Positions 48,551-56,539 of a DNA stretch of 64,000 bases are shown here, in pieces. The DNA comes from a virus. The stretch lies in the IMG/VR virus record IMGVR_UViG_3300025137_000017, positions 32,001-96,000 of that record; one strand, 5' to 3'. Every line of letters begins with the position of its first letter. The first letter of the stretch is position 1. Below the pieces are notes generated by a model. That model saw nothing but the letters and a program-made list of their open reading frames with translations, searched no databases and was not told the origin of the DNA. Made by a program: the position numbers and the translations under genes.

Positions 48551-49225
48551 ATGGGATACAGTAAATATCTAGGTGATGCCGCATCAGTATTATACAATAC
48601 TGAAGGCAACCAAATACAGTCATTTATACCCAGAACTAGATTTAATTTCTGTGTCATTTTAACTCTTGTTGGTACTGATGGTGCTGACAAGAGTCTTTCT
48701 TTAAAGAAAATTTCAGGCGTAACAATGCCTAGTTATTCAACTAGGACACAAACACTAAATCAATATAATAAGAAACGTGTAGTACAAACTGGTGTAGACT
48801 ATCAACCAGTTCAACTTACTGCATATGATGATTCCAGTGGCCAATTTGAAGAGTTCCTTAAAAGCTATAGTAGATATTATTTCGGACAAACACTTACAGT
48901 AGATGATGCAAGTTCATTTGATTATGATTTACTTAATGATTCATTTTCTAGTACTAGTGGGTACAGCCAAGCAGGTCTAAAAATAAGAGATACTAAAAAC
49001 TTTATTAAAAATATGAGAATCATTAGAACGTCTAGTCCAGAAGACGTTAATGTTATTACAATATATAATCCTTTTATACAGAGCATTACACCAGATGCAC
49101 TAAGTTACACAGAAAGTACACCAGTTAGTTATAGCCTAAGTTTCATGTATGAAGGTTTTGATATAAGATCTGGAACCCAATCCCAAGATTTCTTTAACGA
49201 ATTTTACCAACTAGCTAACGACTAA
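48551..49225 (+). CDS. Tail-tube-fold baseplate/tube junction protein (gp48/gp54-like)
   Basis: MPSY..T.TLNQYNKKRVVQT.V.Y.P...DD motif, typical of tube paralogues. Confidence 0.6.
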   Translation: MGYSKYLGDAASVLYNTEGNQIQSFIPRTRFNFCVILTLVGTDGADKSLSLKKISGVTMPSYSTRTQTLNQYNKKRVVQTGVDYQPVQLTAYDDSSGQFEEFLKSYSRYYFGQTLTVDDASSFDYDLLNDSFSSTSGYSQAGLKIRDTKNFIKNMRIIRTSSPEDVNVITIYNPFIQSITPDALSYTESTPVSYSLSFMYEGFDIRSGTQSQDFFNEFYQLAND

Positions 49226-49233
49226 ATAATGTT

Positions 49234-49686
49234 ATGGTTGCAAAGTTTAATCAAGGAGTTTATACTCTCACTAACCCTAAAAAGTATATAGGTAAAAGTC
49301 AGCCTAGATATCGTAGTGGTTGGGAATTAGCAGTATTTAGAATGTGTGATGCACACCCAAGTATAGTAGCCTGGGGTAGCGAGACACATAGGATACCCTA
49401 TAAGAATCCGTTAACAGGAAAGAATACAAACTATGTTCCTGATCTATTGTTGGTATATAATGATAGAAAAAACGAACGCCATGCAGAGATTGTTGAGATT
49501 AAACCAAGTAAACAAATATTAGGTGAAGCAAAGACACAGGATCAAATGGCGGCGGCTGTTGTTAATCATGCTAAATGGGAGGCCGCTAGAGCTTGGTGTA
49601 AAAGCCAAGGATTAGGCTTTAGAGTTATTACTGAAAATGAGATTTTTAATAAACCTCAAACCTCGAAACGAAGGAAGAAGAAATGA
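49234..49686 (+). CDS. Head completion nuclease, T4 gp4-like (TnsA-type PD-(D/E)xK)
   Basis: NPKKYIG, YRSGWE, WGSE, YVPD, EIKP, N.AKWEAA and F.VITE motifs. Confidence 0.9.
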   Translation: MVAKFNQGVYTLTNPKKYIGKSQPRYRSGWELAVFRMCDAHPSIVAWGSETHRIPYKNPLTGKNTNYVPDLLLVYNDRKNERHAEIVEIKPSKQILGEAKTQDQMAAAVVNHAKWEAARAWCKSQGLGFRVITENEIFNKPQTSKRRKKK

Positions 49687-50225
49687 CAAAAAAATTAGAA
49701 GAAGAATTTAACTTACCACCTATTGAAGATATTTCATTATTTGGTGAAGAGTCTATACCTATTGAATCTGGTGAACCAACCATTGAAGCTTCAAAGCAAG
49801 ACATAGCATTAACACAAGGTACATTAGAAGTAACCCAACGTATAGATAGTGCTTTACCAATAGTACAGGGTTTAGAACAATTAGATAGAGAAATGGACGA
49901 GTATGCTGTAAAGGCAATGAGTACATTTGAGGACTTGGTTGATCTAGGTAAAAATGTTGAGGATAGACATGCGGCTCCTATATTTGATAGTGCAGCCAAA
50001 ATGATAACGGCGGCTTTACAGGCAAAACAGGCTAAAATGGATAAAAAGATGAAGATGATAGAATTACAAATGCGTAAAGCAAAGTTAGATCTTGATACCC
50101 GTAAGGTAGATGCTAGTCTAGAAGGCAAAGAAGATGCTCCCGAAGAGATTGAGGGCAAGTTTATTGGAGATCGTAGCAGTATGTTAGCCGAGATCATGAA
50201 TAAATTGAATGAAAACGATAAATAA
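49683..50225 (+). CDS. Hypothetical helical protein; possible terminase small subunit
   Basis: 180 aa, helical and coupled to gp4; no other small-terminase candidate was seen in the window. Function is an inference. Confidence 0.4.
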   Translation: MTKKLEEEFNLPPIEDISLFGEESIPIESGEPTIEASKQDIALTQGTLEVTQRIDSALPIVQGLEQLDREMDEYAVKAMSTFEDLVDLGKNVEDRHAAPIFDSAAKMITAALQAKQAKMDKKMKMIELQMRKAKLDLDTRKVDASLEGKEDAPEEIEGKFIGDRSSMLAEIMNKLNENDK

Positions 50226-50243
50226 TAGTAGCGGAGAAATGTT

Positions 50244-50750
50244 ATGAAATCTTATAAAGAATATCTAAAAGAATCAAAACAATCTTATAAGTTTCGTGTG
50301 AAATTAGCTCAAGAGCTTTCGGATGAACAAATAGATAAGATTGAACGTCATCTTGGAAAGTATGATGTAAAGAGCGTAAGTGCTCCTAAAAAATTAATGC
50401 TACAAAGCACACCCTATGATTTTCCTACCCTACGTGGATATGAAATTATTGTTATGGAATTTGAAACAGACAGAGTTGCAAGTGCCTATCAAATACAGGT
50501 GGAGCTCAGTAATTTGTTGGGTCTGGGAGAGGGTCTAATGAAAGTTCGCAGTGAGCATGAACCATTAGAAAAGCAAGAACAATCAGCATTGGAAGGTTCG
50601 GATAAAGATGCCGAAGCCCTACTTGCAGATGGTAACTATAGTGAAGCTGAAAAAATTGACGGCAAAGATTACTATGGTGACAAGTACAACACTAAGTTCG
50701 TACAGGAATTACTAGCTCTCCGAAAAACTAAAGAGAAGGAAAGCAAATGA
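50244..50750 (+). CDS. Putative internal head protein with a T4-type capsid-targeting N-terminus
   Basis: MKSYKEYLKE resembles the T4 internal-protein signal MKTYQEFIAE; late motif GATAAATA at 50217-50224. Confidence 0.6.
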   Translation: MKSYKEYLKESKQSYKFRVKLAQELSDEQIDKIERHLGKYDVKSVSAPKKLMLQSTPYDFPTLRGYEIIVMEFETDRVASAYQIQVELSNLLGLGEGLMKVRSEHEPLEKQEQSALEGSDKDAEALLADGNYSEAEKIDGKDYYGDKYNTKFVQELLALRKTKEKESK

Positions 50751-51853
50751 GCGACTTAGACAGAATTTTAAAACTATCTGGTTTAGTACAAGGCAATGGC
50801 TTTGAAGCACCAGTACAAGAGGGCAAGATGTCCGATTTAGATATTGATGCACAAGACAATAGCAGAGAAGCCTTTATTGAAATGCATTCAAGTACATTAG
50901 GCGGCGCAGAAGCAGCCGGAAAATTTTGGGACGATTCTAAAGAATCAAGAGAAGTAAATGAAGGACCAAGTGTACCATTAAAGAAGTATAGTAATAGTGG
51001 TGACTCACAAGGCAAACATGATATGAAAAAACCAAAACATGATGGTTCACCTGATGATACTTACAGTTCAGCACCAATACAGGATCGAAGACGAGATGCA
51101 TCAAAGGATAGACCAGGTCCTAAATCCACACCAACATATCCAAATAGTGGCGACTCACAGGGCAAACATGATATGAAGGTACCAACAGATTACGGTAGTG
51201 ATACTTATAGTTCAGCACCAATACAGAAACGAAGACGCGATAAATCAAAAGATAGAACAACAGAAGCAGTAGGTTCCTTTGCAGAACCAATGTATGATTT
51301 ATGTGATGAAGTAGGTTGTGATCCAGATCATCCAATATTTGCAGAACTAATTAGATATTTAGATGGTGATACTATTAAAGACTTTGTAGACGAATATCGT
51401 AGAGTTAATGACTATGGCAATGGACTAGAGCCTGATAACATTAATGCTGGTGCATATGAGTCAGAGGTTACTGAAGAGCCAGTACAAGAAGCTGAAGGCA
51501 ATAGAACAATAGAAGTCAACAAAGACATTCAACTAGCAGGCGATAGCATCTGGGATAAACGCAATGAAAACATGACACAAATGGTTCATGTTAAAGAAAT
51601 TGAAATTTATGAAGATGAAGATGGTTATCTAAGTGTTACAGTTGAACATGATGGACCTTGGGAAATTTATACTGACACAGCATTTCCAGAAGCAATTAGT
51701 GAATTATGTGATTGTGATCTTGACTGGTCAGAACAAGGAATGCAAGACGAAGGAATGGCACACCTTGAAGGCGAATTAATGGAAGCATACGAAAGTAAGG
51801 GTTCTATTAGCGAAACATTTCATACAGAACTTATGAGAGAACTAAAAGACTAA
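50747..51853 (+). CDS. Acidic putative prohead/internal protein with an internal duplication
   Basis: N-terminal MSDLDRILKLSG; two ~45-50 aa repeats. Confidence 0.55.
   Translation: MSDLDRILKLSGLVQGNGFEAPVQEGKMSDLDIDAQDNSREAFIEMHSSTLGGAEAAGKFWDDSKESREVNEGPSVPLKKYSNSGDSQGKHDMKKPKHDGSPDDTYSSAPIQDRRRDASKDRPGPKSTPTYPNSGDSQGKHDMKVPTDYGSDTYSSAPIQKRRRDKSKDRTTEAVGSFAEPMYDLCDEVGCDPDHPIFAELIRYLDGDTIKDFVDEYRRVNDYGNGLEPDNINAGAYESEVTEEPVQEAEGNRTIEVNKDIQLAGDSIWDKRNENMTQMVHVKEIEIYEDEDGYLSVTVEHDGPWEIYTDTAFPEAISELCDCDLDWSEQGMQDEGMAHLEGELMEAYESKGSISETFHTELMRELKD
50990..51255 (+). repeat. Direct repeat (2 copies, ~150 bp period) within a CDS
   Basis: NSGDSQGKHDMK...DTYSSAPIQ.RRRD.SKDR twice, with near-identical DNA. 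Confidence 0.85.
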
Positions 51854-51899
51854 CTGTCCACGAGGGTGGTTTTATTGATTTTTAAAGGAGATCAAACAA

Positions 51900-52919
51900 A
51901 TGAATGAACTAGAAAGAATTCTTAATCTAGCAGGAGTAAGTTATGAGGCTCCAAAGAAGATTGAAGAAACAACAGAAATTGCTGAAGATAATCCAAATTA
52001 TGATTCAGCACCGGGTGAAGAAGCTGCGAAGGCGGCAAGAAATAGACGAGATGATGACCAACTAGAACAAGACTACCAGGCTAATAGACAACGTAAAAAA
52101 CGTAGAATCAAAGATCTAATATCCAACAATCCAGCAAGTGAATTTAGTCACATGTATAAAGAAGATGATCTTGATGAAGCACCAAACGAAGGTAACGAAT
52201 TTTCAGGCAATCGTAAGGCGGCTATTGATGCTGGCGAAGACGAGTTTGAAGTAGACGGAAAGAAATATAAAGTCTCCGGAAACAAAAACGAGTCAATCGA
52301 AGAAGACGAAGAGCAACTAGACGAAGAGCAAAGCCAAGCACAAAAAGACGCATTTGCAAAAATGTTAGCTAAGAAAAAAGGCGACAAAAAAGACACAATA
52401 GACCATGAAAAGCAACATGTTAAAGAAGACGATGTTGAAGAAATTGTAGAAGCAGAAGAAGGCAAAATGCCATCCAAAGCAGAAGTAATGAAATGTTGTG
52501 AAGACGGAATGAGTGAAGCAGAGATTTGTAAAAAGTATCCAGATTGTGATCAAGAAAAACTTAAAGAGATGTGTAAAGATTGCAAAGCGGAAATGAACGA
52601 TGTAAAAGAATCATTAGAGGTTGTTGAAGAATCACCTACAATGGACACTACACAGTTAATTACATTACTTAAAAACTCAGGTATTAGTGAAGATCAGATT
52701 GCTAATCGTTTAAAAATAATTGAGGAAGAGTTCGGAAACACTCCAGAAGGCGTTGGTGAAACAGAGCCTACAGTACATGGTAGTGATGACAACTATAACT
52801 TTGCACAAGCAGTAAACCTAAGTCTAAAAAGATATTTGGATGCACATGATATGAAAGTTTCAGTAACAGAGCATACAAAAGAAGATTTAACAGCAAAGTA
52901 TCTAGCTTCTAAGAAGTAA
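51900..52919 (+). CDS. Acidic putative prohead/internal protein
   Basis: AAGGAG RBS; MNELERILNLAG; EAPNEGNEFSG...FEVDGKKY module; Cys cluster. Confidence 0.55.
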   Translation: MNELERILNLAGVSYEAPKKIEETTEIAEDNPNYDSAPGEEAAKAARNRRDDDQLEQDYQANRQRKKRRIKDLISNNPASEFSHMYKEDDLDEAPNEGNEFSGNRKAAIDAGEDEFEVDGKKYKVSGNKNESIEEDEEQLDEEQSQAQKDAFAKMLAKKKGDKKDTIDHEKQHVKEDDVEEIVEAEEGKMPSKAEVMKCCEDGMSEAEICKKYPDCDQEKLKEMCKDCKAEMNDVKESLEVVEESPTMDTTQLITLLKNSGISEDQIANRLKIIEEEFGNTPEGVGETEPTVHGSDDNYNFAQAVNLSLKRYLDAHDMKVSVTEHTKEDLTAKYLASKK

Positions 52920-52920
52920 A

Positions 52921-53589
52921 ATGCACGGATTAAACTATTCATTGAATGGTGATATACGAAGATTGAACATTGATTCCAGTAGCAGATGTAATCTATCATG
53001 TCCAGGATGTGGCAGGACAAGAGACATTGCTAATGGAACTAATGGTTCAATTGAAGACATGCCAATGGAATACTTCAAAGCACTGGTACGTCCAGAAAAT
53101 AGAATTACCCAACTAACATATAATTTTGCACTAAGTGATCCTATCTACAGTGGTGTAGTTCTAGATCAACTAGCACATATAAACACATTAGACAATAGAC
53201 CTATTGTCAATTTTAGTACCAATGCGAGTGGTCGTAAACCCAAATGGTGGATTAAATTTGCAGGTCTATTGCGAGAACGAGATAAAGTAGAGTTTGCAAT
53301 TGACGGACTGGAAGATACTAATCACTTATACAGAGTTAATTCAAAATGGGATAGTATTATGTTGGGTGCTAAAACCCTAAGAAAACATTGGAATCCACCG
53401 CCTGGTGGGGGAATGATGTGGCGTTATGTTATATTTGAACATAACTATCATCAAGTAGCTGAAGCAAAAAAACTAGCAATTGAACTAGGCTTTAATAGAT
53501 TTAGGCCTGTTGTAGGGGATAAAAGAACACCCCAACATATGCGATTAAAAAGTAGAACTTGGGAAGAGATAGAACATGATCTATCCTAA
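52921..53589 (+). CDS. Radical SAM protein (core domain only)
   Basis: CNLSCPGC (CxxxCxxC), STNAS, FAIDGLEDTNHLYR and IFEHNYHQV motifs. Confidence 0.88.
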   Translation: MHGLNYSLNGDIRRLNIDSSSRCNLSCPGCGRTRDIANGTNGSIEDMPMEYFKALVRPENRITQLTYNFALSDPIYSGVVLDQLAHINTLDNRPIVNFSTNASGRKPKWWIKFAGLLRERDKVEFAIDGLEDTNHLYRVNSKWDSIMLGAKTLRKHWNPPPGGGMMWRYVIFEHNYHQVAEAKKLAIELGFNRFRPVVGDKRTPQHMRLKSRTWEEIEHDLS

Positions 53590-53896
53590 ATGCAAACATA
53601 AAGAAAAACAAGTACCTGCTGTTAGATATGATGGCTATGTGGTTCCTTGTTGTCACTTCGGAAACTGGAATGATATTGAAGTATTCAGAGAACGCATGGG
53701 AGATCTTGTGGAAACAATGCATATAACTAATGGTACTCTAGATGAAATTAATAATAGTCTAGCTTGGAAGTTTATTGAAGATAGTTTTGATAATGAACCA
53801 TTTGCTAGATGTGTTCAACATTGTAGTGATCCAGAAAACTACAAAAAAACTAAAAGTAATGTAGGAGCAGACTTTAAAGTAATAAGTTTAGAATAA
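53576..53896 (+). CDS. Stand-alone SPASM/twitch-type Fe-S domain protein
   Basis: PKC...VRYDGYVVPCC...CVQHC cysteine pattern. Confidence 0.7.
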   Translation: MIYPKCKHKEKQVPAVRYDGYVVPCCHFGNWNDIEVFRERMGDLVETMHITNGTLDEINNSLAWKFIEDSFDNEPFARCVQHCSDPENYKKTKSNVGADFKVISLE

Positions 53897-54144
53897 TGAT
53901 GGTTTGGGAGACATTTATAATATGCTTGGTATTCTTATTAGTTATCATGGCGGCCATGAGTATAGGCCTCCTGAGAGGCCGACGTGTAAAAGGGAGTTGC
54001 GGTGGTGCTACCGGCGTTTGCTCTGTATGTGGCGAAGACAATGCAAAAGAAAAGATAGTTATCAAAGGTGAAGAACATTTAAAACGTCCTGAGCCAACAC
54101 GTTACGGAACGTGGGAAAGTAAAGGCACAGATGTCGACTTTTGA
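53896..54144 (+). CDS. nqrM: NqrM-like (DUF539) small membrane protein, Na+-NQR maturation family
   Basis: N-terminal TM helix ending MAAMSIG, followed by RRVKGSCGG...CSVC. Confidence 0.7.
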   Translation: MMVWETFIICLVFLLVIMAAMSIGLLRGRRVKGSCGGATGVCSVCGEDNAKEKIVIKGEEHLKRPEPTRYGTWESKGTDVDF

Positions 54145-54151
54145 TAAATAT

Positions 54152-54246
54152 GTAGGTAACGCTTAGGACCCGCTGTTACAGGCGTCAAGGTTACTGTTTA
54201 TCCTTAAGGACATGGTTCGCTACTCTTGTCTTTTAAAAAACAGACT
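54152..54246 (+). ncRNA. Candidate small structured late RNA (family not recognised)
   Basis: Non-coding; bracketed by GATAAATA at 54143-54150 and 54254-54261; several stems plus pseudoknot complementarities. Confidence 0.5.
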
Positions 54247-54266
54247 TTTAACAGATAAATATTAAT

Positions 54267-54950
54267 ATGAATAAATTATTTGCATTTGGTTGTAGTATGA
54301 CAAGAGGAGATGCATTAGATGATATATGGGATTTCGAACTCAAGCAGACAGATCCAGATGCAGGTCCAAGTAAATATTCCTGGCCACAAATCCTAGCAAA
54401 CAATATGAATTTAGATTGTGTTAACTTAGGAGAAAGTGGTGCTAGTAATAAACAGATTTGGTATAGATTGGTAACTACACATATGACAGAAGTCGATATA
54501 GCATTTGTACAATGGACATCAGTAAATAGATGGTGTGTACTAAATGATGACAAAATACAACAGATTAATTCATTTCGTACAAGCAAACAATCCCTAGCAT
54601 ATTATGGGAATCTACACACTGATATTGATTCAGACTATGATGCAAATTTAAGAATGAGTCATGCAGATTATCATGCTAAAAGTATTGGGGTTAAGTTATA
54701 TCATCTAACATTTGATAAATCAAGTCTATCCGATAACTTACCTTTTAATACAACAGAAACACTTAATAGTGATTTACATGAACTTCAAAGAGATATCCAT
54801 AAAGAATATACAACAGATACACAGGATTTTAATACTGGACACAGCATGACAAGAGGATCTGCCAATGATAAAACTGATAAAAAATTGGGACATCCTTGTG
54901 CTATCACACATAAATTACATGCATACAATCTATACGAGGAGATTTCCTAA
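54267..54950 (+). CDS. SGNH/GDSL-hydrolase-like protein
   Basis: FGCSMT.G (block I), SWP...NLGESGASN (block II) and C-terminal GHP. Confidence 0.6.
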   Translation: MNKLFAFGCSMTRGDALDDIWDFELKQTDPDAGPSKYSWPQILANNMNLDCVNLGESGASNKQIWYRLVTTHMTEVDIAFVQWTSVNRWCVLNDDKIQQINSFRTSKQSLAYYGNLHTDIDSDYDANLRMSHADYHAKSIGVKLYHLTFDKSSLSDNLPFNTTETLNSDLHELQRDIHKEYTTDTQDFNTGHSMTRGSANDKTDKKLGHPCAITHKLHAYNLYEEIS

Positions 54951-56500
54951 TGGCAGTAGATACCAAACTAACTAAAACTCCCTATAAGAGAGAAGAATAC
55001 ACAAGTGATCAACTGGTTGAACTTGCCAGGTGTGCGGCTGACCCCAAACACTTTATGCTAAAGTATTGTTATATTCAGCATCCTGTTAAAGGAAGAATGT
55101 TATTTACATTATATGATTATCAAGTTGGACTGGTAGATGTATATCACAATAATAGATACAGTATCAGTATGTTAGCACGACAAACAGGTAAGTCAACCTG
55201 TGCGGCAGGATATCTGTTATGGTATGCTATGTTTAATCCTGATCAAACTATTCTAATCGCGGCTCACAAATACAGTGGTGCCCAAGAGATTATGCAACGT
55301 ATACGATTTGCATACGAACTATTACCTGACTTTATTAGAGCTGGTGTAACTGCTTATAACAAAGGTAGTTTAGAGTTTGATAATGGAAGTCGTATTATTG
55401 CACAAGCAACAACAGACAATACAGGACGTGGTTTGTCTATATCACTAGTATACTTAGACGAGTTTGCATTTGTTAGACCAACTATAGCCCGTGAGTTCTG
55501 GACCTCACTATCGCCTACACTAGCAACAGGTGGTAAATGTATCATTACAAGCACTCCTAATCAGGACGATGATCAATTTGCACAAATATGGAATGAAGCC
55601 CTAAAAAATATTGATGAATTTGGTAATGAAACTACAACAGGCAGGAATGGATTCGCACACTTTTTAGCTAATTGGGAAGTACATCCTGATAGAGATCAAA
55701 AATGGGCAGAATTAGAAGAAGCTAAAATTGGTGAAGAACGATTTAGACGTGAACACAACTGTGAATTTATTGCATTTGATGAAACACTTGTAGACAGTAT
55801 AAGACTAGCAATGATGGAAGGTAAAAACCCATATGCTAAACAAGGACAAGTACGTTGGTATAAGCCTGTAGTTAAAGAAGCAATATACATGATTGGATTA
55901 GATCCTAGTTTAGGTACTGGTGGAGATAATGCGGCTATACAGGTATATGAACTTCCGGGTATGAAACAAGTAGCAGAATGGCAACACAATAAAACACCCG
56001 TTCAACAACAGATTCGTATACTACAACAGATAGGCAATTACCTAGCAGAAGAAGGTGTTAATAAAGATAATGTATACTATAGCATAGAAAATAATACTCT
56101 TGGCGAAGCTGCTCTTGTAATGCTGGAAGAGATTGGTGAAGAGCATTTAGTAGGTACAATGCTAACAGAACCTAAACGTAGAGGAATGGGTAGAATTCGT
56201 AAAGGTTTTACTACAACACACAAAAGTAAAATTGCCGCCTGTGCCAAACTAAAGCATTGGATAGAAAGCGATAGAGTGGAGATTGCTAGTAAGAATCTAC
56301 TTCGTGAGTTAAAGACGTTTGTAGCCAGAGGACAAAGTTTCTCAGCAAAAGAAGGTGAATCTGATGATCTAGTAATGGCACTTATACTTGTTGTTAGAAT
56401 GGCACAAGAAATTACAAAATATGATGACAATGCCTTTGATGCATTAACAGAAATGAATGAAGATGATTACGAAGAACCTATGCCAATGAGCTTTTTATAA
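54950..56500 (+). CDS. Terminase large subunit, T4 gp17-like
   Basis: LYDYQ, ARQTGKST, YLDEFAF, ITSTPN, FRREH, GLDPS and DDLVMA motifs. Confidence 0.95.
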   Translation: MAVDTKLTKTPYKREEYTSDQLVELARCAADPKHFMLKYCYIQHPVKGRMLFTLYDYQVGLVDVYHNNRYSISMLARQTGKSTCAAGYLLWYAMFNPDQTILIAAHKYSGAQEIMQRIRFAYELLPDFIRAGVTAYNKGSLEFDNGSRIIAQATTDNTGRGLSISLVYLDEFAFVRPTIAREFWTSLSPTLATGGKCIITSTPNQDDDQFAQIWNEALKNIDEFGNETTTGRNGFAHFLANWEVHPDRDQKWAELEEAKIGEERFRREHNCEFIAFDETLVDSIRLAMMEGKNPYAKQGQVRWYKPVVKEAIYMIGLDPSLGTGGDNAAIQVYELPGMKQVAEWQHNKTPVQQQIRILQQIGNYLAEEGVNKDNVYYSIENNTLGEAALVMLEEIGEEHLVGTMLTEPKRRGMGRIRKGFTTTHKSKIAACAKLKHWIESDRVEIASKNLLRELKTFVARGQSFSAKEGESDDLVMALILVVRMAQEITKYDDNAFDALTEMNEDDYEEPMPMSFL

Positions 56501-56539
56501 CTCTAAAGGCATAAATACTATTATAGGAGAACACTACAC

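Noticed and set aside
49234-49686. Tn7 TnsA transposase / mobile element
   Set aside because: Motifs and context match T4 gp4 head-completion nuclease; no tnsB/tnsC or transposon ends.
54152-54246. tRNA, or a known small ribozyme (pistol, twister, hammerhead)
   Set aside because: GGTTCG is present but there is no cloverleaf or CCA end; I could not fit the conserved cores of these ribozymes by eye. Kept as an unknown RNA.
54950-56500. Intein or intron in the terminase (also checked UvsX and portal)
   Set aside because: Lengths are normal and motifs are contiguous.
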